Shown here: positions 1 through 9,115 of the stretch, piece after piece | How positions within the stretch are numbered: the stretch's first letter is position 1 | Layout: the number at the start of each line of letters is the position of its first letter | Source: an uncultured Gemmataceae bacterium | Lineage (GTDB): Bacteria; Planctomycetota; Planctomycetia; Gemmatales; Gemmataceae | Direction of reading: 5' to 3' | DNA length: 64,000 bases | Assembly (NCBI GenBank): GCA_963750165.1 | Contig: CAVVPN010000012.1 | Location: 928,001 to 992,000 of the forward strand | Notes under the pieces: generated by a model | The model's database searches: none | Told to the model about the DNA's origin: nothing | The model's input: the letters and a program-made list of their open reading frames with translations, nothing else | Position numbers and translations under genes: made by a program

Positions 1-810
1 GAGCAACCGGCCGTGCGCGCCGCCGCGGTCGCCGCCCTGGCCTGCGTCGATGACCGCACCCTGGTCGAGGCGCTGGCGCAGTTCCTGCACGACCCCAGCG
101 TCGAGGTACGGCGGGCGGCCACCGAGGCGCTGTTCTGGGACACCGAGCGCCGCTGGACCTGGGTGTGCTTCGCCGTTCGCCGCGCGCTCGCCGACCCGCT
201 CTACCAGGGCGACGGGGCGCTGTGCCACAGCGGTGAACTGCTGACGCAGGAGGCCGTCAAGGATCTGACGGCGTGGTGTGCTGAAAAGGGCGTGCTGTCA
301 CAGCGGGCGTCGCTGACGCTGGCGGCCCACTACAGCCGGGCGCTGAGCGAACACCCCGAATCGGCCCTGGTGGAGTCGCTGCGCCAGCAGCTGGCCGACC
401 CGCAGACGCCCGCCAGCCTGCGCATCGAGCTGGGCCGACTGCTGCAGTATCACCAGGAACTGGAAACGCCGTTGCTGGGGAAGTTGCTGGACGTGTCCAA
501 TCCGGCGCCGTTGCGGCTGATCGCGGTGGAGACGCTGCTGGCCGAGCACACCGCCGACGAGGCGCTGCAGTCCACCGCGGTCACAACGCTGCGCGACCTG
601 GCGCGACTGCCCAACCGCGAGATCGCATTGGCGACCGCGGACGTGCTCCAGCGCCGTCTGGGCGTCGATCTGGGGCTGGGGCTGGGCCAGCCGTTGCCGC
701 CGATCCACACGCGGCAGGCCGCCGAGGTCACGCGCCGCGTCATGCTCTGGGCCGCCCAGTTCGACCAGGGCGACGACATGGAGAACTCGCACTTGCTGGC
801 GCAGTCGTGA
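1..810 (+). CDS. HEAT-repeat-like protein, 5' end outside the window
   Basis: Open from base 1 (EQPAVRAAAVAALA...LHDPSVEVRRAATEAL); helical HEAT/PBS-like repeats. Confidence 0.65.
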   Translation, partial: EQPAVRAAAVAALACVDDRTLVEALAQFLHDPSVEVRRAATEALFWDTERRWTWVCFAVRRALADPLYQGDGALCHSGELLTQEAVKDLTAWCAEKGVLSQRASLTLAAHYSRALSEHPESALVESLRQQLADPQTPASLRIELGRLLQYHQELETPLLGKLLDVSNPAPLRLIAVETLLAEHTADEALQSTAVTTLRDLARLPNREIALATADVLQRRLGVDLGLGLGQPLPPIHTRQAAEVTRRVMLWAAQFDQGDDMENSHLLAQS

Positions 811-867
811 AGCCGAGACCAGCGCGCTGAGGTGCGATTGATTCGACCCGCGCCGGCAACACCGTCC

Positions 868-1040
868 GGCACGGTTATGCCTGAGTGGGCACTTCAGGCG
901 GGCAACGGCGGGCGCCCGCCGGCACGGCCAGACGTGGGCGGCCGCCCGTTGGCCAATCGGGGGGTGAGAGAAACGTGAAATGAAACGGCAACCCCCTGTG
1001 TAAATAAGGGGTTATTTCATCTCACCTCTGTGAGACGAAA
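868..1040 (+). repeat. ~172-bp non-coding element, copy A (inverted copy at 12869-13040)
   Basis: Hand alignment to the reverse complement of 12869-13040 needs one gap and gives about three-quarters identity; four GTGAGAYGAAA-like boxes. Confidence 0.85.
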
Positions 1041-1050
1041 CGGCAGAACC

Positions 1051-2967
1051 TCACAGCCGCACCGTCAGCAGCGTCACGTCGTCGTCCGCCAGGCCGCCGT
1101 GGTCGCGCAGCCACTCCACCCACGCCGCGAAGGCGTTCTGCGGATCGGGCACTCCCGCCAGCCGCTCCAGCGCGTCCCACGGCTTCTGTCCCGCCTCAAC
1201 CTGACGCTGAAACCACTCCAGCATCGGCCCACTCGTCACAATCAGCCGGTCGTCTGTCTCACCCTTGCCGCCACCGCGCAGGAATGAATCTTCCAGGGCG
1301 TCATCCAGGTTGGAGCGCGAGCCCAACCAGCCGATGGCCTTCGTGACCTCCTCGGAGGGCCGCTGTGGGTACAGCGCTTCCAGCCGGCGGTCGCGGACCA
1401 CGAGCACGCCAGCGTCGCCACTGACCACCGCCTGCCAGCGTTTCTGGTCGCGGCCGAAGCGGTAGACCGCCACGCCGATGAACGACGCGAACACGCCCTG
1501 CTCCAGCACCGTCGCGTACGCCTTGCTCGTCTGCTTCTCGCGCACCTCCGACGCCCAGCGGCGCTGCAACGGCTCCAGCCAGTCACGCACGTCGGCCATC
1601 GGCGAGGCGTCGTTGCGCACGAAGTCGTCCGCCAGCAGCCGCGCCCACAGGTTGACCCAGCGGCCCTCGCGCACGCCGGAGGCCACGGCGAGACGGCCTC
1701 GGTCCACGTCCGCCGCGAACGCCTGGCGATACTGTGCCGCGGTGCGGCCGCGGCGCGGCAGCCAGAAGCGCTGGTAGCGCGGCTGCGCCGCCTGGCCGAT
1801 CCAGTTCGGCAGGATCGACCCCGGGGCCATCGGCGCCGCGGCCGGCTTCGGTGCCTCGGCGACTGGCAGCCCGCGCAGCGTCGGTTCTTCCGCTGACTGG
1901 GACTGCCACCACGGCGGCTCTTCGTCCTCCAGCAGGATCGGCTCCGCGTGCGGTATTTCCACGGCCGTGAGGCCGAGCAAGATGTCCTCCGGCGTCACGG
2001 ACAGCTGCCGATCCACGAGTTCCGCCTGGGCCGGCGACAGCGGTTTCGCGCCGCTGGACAGCCACACGTCCTCCAGCAGCGGCACGTCGGCCAGCGGCCC
2101 CTGCGCCGCCAGCATCAGATGGCCGGCCAGCGCCCGCAGGTCGGCGTCGTCCTGCTGCCACAGCTCGCGCAGCAGCGGCGAGTTGCCGGGCTCACGGAAG
2201 TCGCGTTCGCGGAACAGCAGGTTCTCGCCGTTGTCGTGGCGCTGCCAGAGCGACCCGCCGCCGACCACCAGGCAGCGCAGGGCCGTGAAGATGACCAGGT
2301 GCGCGAAGCGGTCCACTTCCCGGTGGTAAGGGGCGCTGCGGACGCGCTCGGGGTGCTGGAAATTGGGATGGCCGAGTTCACCGGAAGGTTTGTCCGCCAG
2401 GGCCGGCACCCACATGCCGTCGTAGTCGATCAGCCGCAGTTTGAGGGCGTTGGCCTTGGTGCCGCTGACGAGCAGGACGTTGCCGTGCTGCAGGTCGCCG
2501 TGGGCCATCTGGGCGTTGTGCAGTTGCTGGGCAAGCCGCAGCCACAACCCGGCGAGCTGTTCCATGTACCCCGGCTTGTCGGCGTGGTCGCGGACAAATT
2601 CGTTGAGGGTGAGACCCGCGACCCAACGCATCTTGACGACGGGGAACCATTCGCCGCGAACGCGGACGCCCTCGTCGAGGAAGGTGAACTGGACCATGAA
2701 GGACAGCTGGGCCTGGCCGAGGTGGTCGCTGATGGCGCGGTAGCGTTCGTGCAGGCCGTGGACCTCGCGCGTGAAGCACTTGACGGCCCAGGTTTGACCG
2801 CTGGAGGCGTCGCGCAGCTCGTAGACGTCGGCGAAGTTGCCGGAGCGCGTCCGCGGCAGACCGAAGAGGTCCACGGCGGCCTCGGCCTGTTGCAGGTCGG
2901 CATCGCGGAAGCACAGCGCCGGCGTTTGTAGCGCCTCGTTGTAGTCGGTCGCTTGCGGCCAGGCCAT
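1051..2967 (-). CDS. Atypical Ser/Thr kinase (YegI/TerY-P type) fused to a degenerate PP2C-like domain
   Basis: Kinase motifs AVKCF, HGDLQHGNVL, LIDYDG; Pro-rich linker; C-terminal PP2C-like segment ending DDDVTLLTVRL. Confidence 0.75.
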   Translation of the reverse strand: MAWPQATDYNEALQTPALCFRDADLQQAEAAVDLFGLPRTRSGNFADVYELRDASSGQTWAVKCFTREVHGLHERYRAISDHLGQAQLSFMVQFTFLDEGVRVRGEWFPVVKMRWVAGLTLNEFVRDHADKPGYMEQLAGLWLRLAQQLHNAQMAHGDLQHGNVLLVSGTKANALKLRLIDYDGMWVPALADKPSGELGHPNFQHPERVRSAPYHREVDRFAHLVIFTALRCLVVGGGSLWQRHDNGENLLFRERDFREPGNSPLLRELWQQDDADLRALAGHLMLAAQGPLADVPLLEDVWLSSGAKPLSPAQAELVDRQLSVTPEDILLGLTAVEIPHAEPILLEDEEPPWWQSQSAEEPTLRGLPVAEAPKPAAAPMAPGSILPNWIGQAAQPRYQRFWLPRRGRTAAQYRQAFAADVDRGRLAVASGVREGRWVNLWARLLADDFVRNDASPMADVRDWLEPLQRRWASEVREKQTSKAYATVLEQGVFASFIGVAVYRFGRDQKRWQAVVSGDAGVLVVRDRRLEALYPQRPSEEVTKAIGWLGSRSNLDDALEDSFLRGGGKGETDDRLIVTSGPMLEWFQRQVEAGQKPWDALERLAGVPDPQNAFAAWVEWLRDHGGLADDDVTLLTVRL

Positions 2968-2987
2968 GCGGCTGACCCCTTAAATAA

Positions 2988-3096
2988 TTCACCACAGAGA
3001 ACGCGGAGAACGCAGAGAAAAGACCAAGAAAAATTGTATCAAACCATTTCCGACTTTTTGTCTTTTCTCCGCGCGCTCTGCGTTCTCTGTGGTGAA
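2988..3096. repeat. Long palindrome, CACCAC...GTGGTG family
   Basis: ttcaccacagagaacgcggag...ctctgcgttctctgtggtgaa; relatives at 15627, 48138, 63700. Confidence 0.85.
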
Positions 3097-3103
3097 ATGC
3101 TTT

Positions 3104-3952
3104 TCAATTCCGCAGGTTGCGGGCATCCACACGAGTGCCGATGTCGAGGAAGCGAATCACCGACACCAAATCGGCGTTGAAGACAAAGCCGCGCGTCGTG
3201 TCGGTGACCGGGTAGCCCTCGCGCTGGGCGGCGTCGCGCATCTGCGGCGGCAGCACGCTCGACATGCGGAACAGCAGTTTCGCAAAGTCGTCCGGCAACC
3301 CCATATCGCCGGCCGGCAGCTCGATGGGCCGCTCGTTGCGCGAGGAAATGTGGATGTTGAACAGCAGGACGTTGCCGTCGCGGCTGGCCAGGTCGCGGAC
3401 GCAGCGCGAGTGCGCCTCGGGGTCGCCATCGGTGGCCCGGCCGTCGGTGATGTTGATGACCAGCGGCGGGAAGCAGTCGGGGTACTGGCCCAGGAACTCC
3501 GACAGACTGCTCCAGGCCTGGTCGAACGCCTGGCACATGGGCGTCTTGCCGTTGGCCTGCGGCTCGACCCAGACCGGGAAGCGAATGGTTTGTTGCAGGA
3601 TGCCGCCGGCGCCGTCATCGATGTGCTTGACGCGCTGCTCGATGCGCAGCGGCTGGGCGGCGAGCTTGCTGACCGGCACCAGGAGTTGACCGGCGAGGGT
3701 GCCGCCGAAGGCCGAACCGACGCGCAGCGAATTGTAGCCGATGACGCCCACGTGGAAGCGGTCGAGCACCTCATGGCCCTTGGCGCAACGCAACACGATG
3801 GTCTGCAACAGACGGTTGATGGCGTTGGCCACCTCGTCGGCCTTTTTCTTGTCCGGCTGGGCGGCGAATGGGTCGGCCATGGAGCCGGACTGATCGACGA
3901 GGAACAGAAAGCAGGTCGGGTTGGTGCGGCTGATCTCGGCCGTGTAGGCCAT
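3104..3952 (-). CDS. vWA domain protein (TerY-like)
   Basis: MIDAS motif DQSGSM, TPM and ITDG motifs; start MAYTAEIS with GGAG upstream. Confidence 0.85.
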   Translation of the reverse strand: MAYTAEISRTNPTCFLFLVDQSGSMADPFAAQPDKKKADEVANAINRLLQTIVLRCAKGHEVLDRFHVGVIGYNSLRVGSAFGGTLAGQLLVPVSKLAAQPLRIEQRVKHIDDGAGGILQQTIRFPVWVEPQANGKTPMCQAFDQAWSSLSEFLGQYPDCFPPLVINITDGRATDGDPEAHSRCVRDLASRDGNVLLFNIHISSRNERPIELPAGDMGLPDDFAKLLFRMSSVLPPQMRDAAQREGYPVTDTTRGFVFNADLVSVIRFLDIGTRVDARNLRN

Positions 3953-4112
3953 GGCGGCGTCTCCCCTGGGCCGGCGGTCCCGAAAGCCGGCGGTGCGTGT
4001 CTCCATCTGCCGATCTTAACAGATGGCAGTGGTCAGTGGCCAGTGGTTAGTCGTCCGAGCCCGAGCGCCAGCGCGGGGCAGAGTTGGCCCCGCGCTGGCG
4101 CTCGGGCTCCGA

Positions 4113-4983
4113 CTACTTCTCCAGCCGCAGTGCGTAGAAGCCGGTGTCGCGGTCCTGCAACCGCGACGAACCGGTGATGGCCCGGCCGTCGCCGGTGAAC
4201 AGGTAGCCGTGGAAGAACTGCGGTGTGCGCGGGAACGTAATCTTGAACGTCAGGCTGTGCAGCGGATCGCCGACCCTGCCGTCCACCTCGTATTTCTGAC
4301 CGTCCTTGTCCGAGTAGTACCAGCCCGTCACGTCCCGGTTGTTGTCCTTGACGCTCAGCACCAGCACGCCCGAACGACGGCCATCGTCGTAGAGGTGATA
4401 CTTGCCGGTGAAGTAGCGCGGCTCGAAGGTGGCGCCGACAACGAGCTTGTCCGCCTTCTTCGGCGTCGCCTCGGGGAAGCGTTTGGTGATGAGGTACAGT
4501 TCCGCCTTGCCCTCGGGCCGCAGCACCACCTTGTCGCCGACCGCGGCGCAGTGCAGGTCGCCGCCGACCGCCGCCGGCACCACCTGGCCCAGGTCGAGGT
4601 TGAAATGGAAGTCGCCGAACAGCCGGACGTTCTTGCCCTGGACGACGACGGTGCGCTCCTCGCCCTCCTTGAAGGTGACGAAACGCTCGACGAGCACGAT
4701 GGGCACGGTCTTGCCGCCGGGCACCTTCTGGCGCACCGGCCGCACCAGGAGCTTGCACCAGCGGCCCTCGTTGGTCTTGACGACGACAAACGCGGCGCTG
4801 TTGTCCTTGAGGACGCCGGCGTGGTCCGTGAGCAGGGCGGTGTCCAACTTCTTGACATGCTCGACGAAACCTGCCTTTTTCGGCAAAAGGGCGAGGATTT
4901 CATTGGTGTAGTTGTCGAAACTGTCGGCCCGCGCGGCCGGGCGCAGCCAGCACGGCCAGCAGAGACAGCCAAACGGTTCTCAT
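4113..4983 (-). CDS. Secreted hypothetical protein, frameshifted near 4940
   Basis: ATG 4983 gives signal-like MRTVWLSLLAVLAAP; another frame continues ARADSFDNYTNEILALLPKKAG into ORF 4113-4886. Confidence 0.6.
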
Positions 4984-5160
4984 GGTCCGGCTCCGTGAGG
5001 TGGAAAACCAGGGCCAGAACGGCCCTCCACGCTAGTGTACGGTGCGAACCGTGGTTGTGCCACCACGCCGCGGCCGCTTGCGGGCGCCGTCGCCATCCGT
5101 TATGTTCGGAAGGCGAAGTGCTCCTCATCCCCCGCTGCCGGCTACCGAAAGGCGTCGAAC

Positions 5161-5574
5161 ATGGACCAACTGGAGTTGTTTCGGCTCTACGGACACACCC
5201 TGGGTGGGGTGCTCGACTGGAGCGCCGTGCTACTGTTCGTCGTCATCGCCGTGGTGTATTTCCTGGCGCCGGTCGTCGGCTACCGCGCCGACCGGCGTGG
5301 CGGCTTGTCGGCGGCGCTGTTCCTGCTCATCGGCTACGCCTCACTGTCGATGATCCAAATTGTTGTGTGGTACACGAAGATGGTCGAGCCCCGACCGCCG
5401 ACCCGCCAGGAGTTGGGTGAACTGCACCTCCATTTCCTGTTCGCGATGCTGAAGATGGGCTCGTTCATCCTCTCGATGCTGGTGTTCGCGCTCGGCCTGC
5501 TGTCGCTGCGGTTGCGCCGGGACGAGAGCAACCCGTTCCAGCTGCCGCGGGCGCGGCCGGAGGAGCGCGACTGA
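5161..5574 (+). CDS. Small membrane protein, about 3 TM segments
   Basis: Three hydrophobic stretches; start MDQLELF. Confidence 0.65.
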   Translation: MDQLELFRLYGHTLGGVLDWSAVLLFVVIAVVYFLAPVVGYRADRRGGLSAALFLLIGYASLSMIQIVVWYTKMVEPRPPTRQELGELHLHFLFAMLKMGSFILSMLVFALGLLSLRLRRDESNPFQLPRARPEERD

Positions 5575-5631
5575 CCGCTGGAAGAACCGTCCATGATGCT
5601 CACGCGCCACGATCTGAAGAACCAGTGGCGC

Positions 5632-6138
5632 TCATCCTCGCTGTCGCAGAGGGAAGAATCCGTCAAACAACGGTCGTCCGTTGACGGTAGTGATGCCAAA
5701 ATGGCGAACGAGGGCAGCATCGTTGATGTCCTGAGAGTTATAGGTTTCGAGTTGGTCCTGCTCTTCGCTCGGCCGGGCCAGAACTACCGCCAGGCTGAAA
5801 AAATCCTGCTCGCGGTAATTCATTTCGACCGTGCGGATGCTCAACCCCTGGAGGATCCGCCAAACCATCACGAGCATCTCGGCCGAGCGTGTGGTCCCCA
5901 TTGCCTGGAGGAAGGCGCGGACCTTGTGTGGGTTACGCTCCACTTCGGCCAGGAGTGCCGCCGGAGTGAACGGGACGTTCACCCGGATGCGGTTGCGGTA
6001 CTCGGCGGCCACACGATCCAGTTGTTCAAGCAGGAAGGGGATCGCACGGTCACGGGGGGCGTACATGTCGATCATCCACCCGAGGCCGTTGCCTCGAAGG
6101 AGACGCTCGAGAACGACGGCGGAAGATTCAGGGCTCAT
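5632..6138 (-). CDS. Hypothetical protein, third gene of the toxin-like operon
   Basis: ATG 6138 with GGAGG; ATGA overlap with the upstream stop. Confidence 0.7.
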   Translation of the reverse strand: MSPESSAVVLERLLRGNGLGWMIDMYAPRDRAIPFLLEQLDRVAAEYRNRIRVNVPFTPAALLAEVERNPHKVRAFLQAMGTTRSAEMLVMVWRILQGLSIRTVEMNYREQDFFSLAVVLARPSEEQDQLETYNSQDINDAALVRHFGITTVNGRPLFDGFFPLRQRG

Positions 6139-6460
6139 GCGGCCTCCGCGTAATTTTCTGTATATTTCACCCACAGGATATTTCGGATCGATTCCAAGAG
6201 CGCTTGCATGTCAGGAGTTTTCGGGTCGTCCACCACCACTGTGACAAAATGATCGGACAGGATCAGGTAGAGCATGGAGTTCGGCGGCGAATCGGGACTG
6301 TCCGCGTCCCACGCGGTCTCGGCGTGGGCGTCCGGGTACGCGAGCAGTTCCCGCACTCGACCGAGGGGAATGTCGCCGATGCGTTGATACTTGTCGCCGG
6401 TGATGGCGTCCTCAAATCTGGCCTGGAGTTCCCCACGAAAAGTGGACACGGGGTTAACGG

Positions 6461-7315
6461 TTATTCGGACTGTTCATACTCGGCCGGGGACACGTACCCC
6501 AGCGACGAGTGCCGGCGCCGCGTGTTGTAGAAGACCTCGATGTACTCGACGAGCGCCGCCCGCGCCTCCGCCCGGGTGGCGAAGTCGGCGTCGTGCACCA
6601 GTTCCTTCTTCAAGGAGGCGAAGAAGCTCTCCATCGGGGCATTGTCCCAGCAGTCGGCCCGGCGGCTCATGCTGCAGGTGATGCCGTGCTTGCCCAGGAG
6701 GCGTTGGTAGTGGTCGCTGGCGTACTGGCTGCCCCGGTCGGAGTGGGCCAGCAGCCCCTCCCCCGGCAGCCGGCGCTGCACCGCCAGCTCCAGGGCATCG
6801 ACGACCAGCCGGCTCTCCAGGTGGTCGGCCATCGACCAGCCCACCACCCGCCGCGAGTACAGGTCCTCGACGACGGCCAGGTACAGCCAACCCTCTCGGG
6901 TCGGGATGTAGGTGATGTCCGCCACCCACGCCTCGTTGGCCGCGGCGGGGTTGAACTGCCGATCCAGGAGGTTCGCGGCCACGGGCAGGTCGTGGTTGGA
7001 GTCGGTCGTGCAGCGGAACTTGCGGGCCGTCTTGGCCCGGAGGTCGTGGTCGTGCATGAGCCGGGCCACGGTGTTGACGCAGCAGTCCTGGCCCCGGGCG
7101 ACCAGCTCGGCGTGGATGCGCGGGCTGCCGTAGCGGGCCTTGACCTCGGCGTGGATGGCGCGGATTTCCACGAGGAGGGTGTCGCGGCGCCGGGCGCGGT
7201 CGCTGGCGGGGCGGTCGCGCCAGGCGTAGTAGCCGGCGGTCGAGACCTCCAGGGTTTCGCAGAGCAGGCGCACGGGCCACTGGCCGCGGTGTTCCTCGAT
7301 GAAGCGGAAGGTCAT
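6461..7315 (-). CDS. IS3 transposase OrfB (DDE integrase core)
   Basis: WVADITYI, HSDRGSQY, DNAPMESFF motifs. Confidence 0.95.
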   Translation of the reverse strand: MTFRFIEEHRGQWPVRLLCETLEVSTAGYYAWRDRPASDRARRRDTLLVEIRAIHAEVKARYGSPRIHAELVARGQDCCVNTVARLMHDHDLRAKTARKFRCTTDSNHDLPVAANLLDRQFNPAAANEAWVADITYIPTREGWLYLAVVEDLYSRRVVGWSMADHLESRLVVDALELAVQRRLPGEGLLAHSDRGSQYASDHYQRLLGKHGITCSMSRRADCWDNAPMESFFASLKKELVHDADFATRAEARAALVEYIEVFYNTRRRHSSLGYVSPAEYEQSE

Positions 7316-7608
7316 GTCGCCTCCCTGGCGAAGAACGCCGTCGCTTTTTTTAGGATGTCGCGCTCCGCCAGGAGCCGCTGGTTCTCGGCCCGGAGGCGGC
7401 GGTTCTCTTCCTCGAAGGGGGAGAGCTTGCCCTGGCCGGGGAAGGCTTGGCCGCCCTTGGCCTCCAGCGCCTGCTTCCAGGAGCGGAGCAGGGTCTCGTG
7501 GATGCCGAGGGAGCGTACGGCCTCGGCGACGGAGTAGCCCTGCTCAGTGACGAGCTTGACGGCCTCGAGCTTGAACTCCGGGGTGTAGGTACGTCGGGTT
7601 CTGGCCAT
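7312..7608 (-). CDS. IS3 transposase OrfA (HTH)
   Basis: RRTYTPEFKLEAV...ERDILKKA; A7G slippery site at 7344-7351; ATGA overlap with orfB. Confidence 0.95.
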   Translation of the reverse strand: MARTRRTYTPEFKLEAVKLVTEQGYSVAEAVRSLGIHETLLRSWKQALEAKGGQAFPGQGKLSPFEEENRRLRAENQRLLAERDILKKATAFFAREAT

Positions 7609-7762
7609 GATGGACCTCCTCAGGAGAGTTTACACTCTTAACTGGGTGTCCACCATTCGTGGGGAGGTTCAGCCTGCGGCCAATACCGGCGGACGAGCCG
7701 CGCGCAAGCATCCAACTCCGCCGTGTCGCCAACCGCTGGGATCACGACATCAGTACCGCCGA

Positions 7763-8110
7763 TCATGGGAGGTTCTCCTGTACATCTTTCGTTGGGCCGT
7801 GCGCTACCTGGCGGTCTTTCTCCACAGAGTAATCATCCTCGCTGTAGAAAATAAATGCGCCTCTCCCTCCCTCAAGCGGCTTGAGGTCCTCTCCGCCAGT
7901 GAAGCAGAACACGTGGGTTACCTTATCTGCACATCCGCGAACGAAAAGTCATTTGGCCAGATTCTTGGTCCCTGGCGGGAGGCTCGTGAAGTAGGCAGCC
8001 TTCGGGTGATCGCACGGGGGCTTCGACGCTTTGAAGAGCCACACCTTCTGGGAACCGATGGCCTTGTGGCCCTTGTCGTTCGTGTAGTGAAACACAACCT
8101 TCTCTTTCAT
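7763..8110 (-). pseudogene. HYD1-signature ADP-ribosyltransferase toxin-like gene with internal TGA
   Basis: Own translation: MKEKVVFHYTNDKGHKAIGSQKVWLFKASKPPCDHPKAAYFTSLPPGTKNLAK*LFVRGCADKVTHVFCF...; HYT and aYFT motifs; TGA at 7949-7951; absent from the ORF track. Confidence 0.7.
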
Positions 8111-8146
8111 CTTACAGCATCGCTATTGCGTTTGCCGTACCTCAGT

Positions 8147-9115
8147 TCACGGTCGAGCGACTGCTTGGAGCCCGCTGCCCTGCCACCAGCGCCACGCCAG
8201 CGGCACCACACCCAGGCTCAGGTACAGCGTTAGCGTCCATACGCCCGACAGCGCCTCAATGCGCTTGCCGCGCCCGGCGTCCAGGCGCCGCAGATACTGC
8301 GCCGCCGTCAGCGCCGCCAGCGTCAGGCAACCGCCCAGCAGCACCGCCACCGGCAACACGAACCCGATCTGCCACGCTGCCAGCAGTGCCAGCGTCGCCG
8401 TCAGCGACAGCGCCCCCAGCCAGACGCCGACGGCCCCGCGCGGCCCCCACAGCACGCTGTAAGTGTTGACGCCGGCCTCCTCGTCCGCCGGGCTGCGGAC
8501 CTTGCGGCCGACCTCGATGACGACGCCGTTGCAGTAGCTGACCGCGACGAACCACTCCAGGCCGTGCGGCGGCGTCCCCTGGGCCGGCAGCCAGTCGCAG
8601 GCCGTGGCGTAGAAATCGACCAGCGGCATGATCATCATGTGCGACAGCAGGTAAATCACCGGCCGCGCCCGCAGCCAGTCCGCCGCGAAAAACTCCTTGC
8701 TCATCAGCGTGAAGTACGCCCACGTCAGCGCCAGCAGCAGCGCCAGCGCCGGCGACAGCCACAGCGCCAGGCCGAGCTGCACACCGCCCGCCAGCACGCC
8801 GAGCACGCCCAGCTCGCGCAGCCGGATGAGGCCGCGCGGCACCGGACGGTAGGGCCGATAGCGGGCGTCCTCCTCGAAATCCTTGAACTCGTCGGCGATG
8901 CGCAGTTGCAGGAAGAACAGGAACGACGTGGCGAACGCCACCAGCGCACCGGCGACCTCGACCGACGTGCGGCTGCGCAGCAGTGCTGAGTAGCTGACCG
9001 CAGACAGGCTGAACGCGACGATCAGCAGGCCGTGCGCCACAACCGGAAAGCGCTCGCGCTGATAGGTCCACCAGCGTGAAAGAAACGGCGTATCAGCGAG
9101 GGCGGGTTCACTCAT
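8147..9115 (-). CDS. UbiA-family prenyltransferase
   Basis: Multi-TM; Asp-rich LRIADEFKDFEEDARYRPYRPVPRG; start overlaps the HMGR stop. Confidence 0.85.
   Translation of the reverse strand: MSEPALADTPFLSRWWTYQRERFPVVAHGLLIVAFSLSAVSYSALLRSRTSVEVAGALVAFATSFLFFLQLRIADEFKDFEEDARYRPYRPVPRGLIRLRELGVLGVLAGGVQLGLALWLSPALALLLALTWAYFTLMSKEFFAADWLRARPVIYLLSHMMIMPLVDFYATACDWLPAQGTPPHGLEWFVAVSYCNGVVIEVGRKVRSPADEEAGVNTYSVLWGPRGAVGVWLGALSLTATLALLAAWQIGFVLPVAVLLGGCLTLAALTAAQYLRRLDAGRGKRIEALSGVWTLTLYLSLGVVPLAWRWWQGSGLQAVARP

Larger units (their letters stand above)
6424..7671 (-). mobile_element. IS3-family insertion sequence, 1248 bp
   Basis: TG...CA ends; imperfect IRs tggagttccccacgaaaagtggacac / tgaacctccccacgaatggtggacac; 3-bp target duplication GCC at 6421-6423 and 7672-7674. 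Confidence 0.95.
6135..7766 (-). pseudogene. Hypothetical (candidate immunity) gene split by IS3
   Basis: Removing the IS and one GCC restores MIGGTDVVIPAVGDTAELDACARLVRRYWPQARFEDAITGDK... in frame. Confidence 0.85.

Noticed and set aside
975..1026. AAC...GTT hairpin as an integron attC site
   Set aside because: No integrase or cassette array, poor match to RYYYAAC/GTTRRRY, and it is part of a longer element
7949..7951. TGA in the ART-like gene as selenocysteine
   Set aside because: Not a redox context, LAK-R-L is the natural reading (CGA to TGA), and the partner gene is also disrupted
7607..8233. 208-aa plus-strand ORF
   Set aside because: Crosses the IS boundary and is antisense to a better-supported coupled operon
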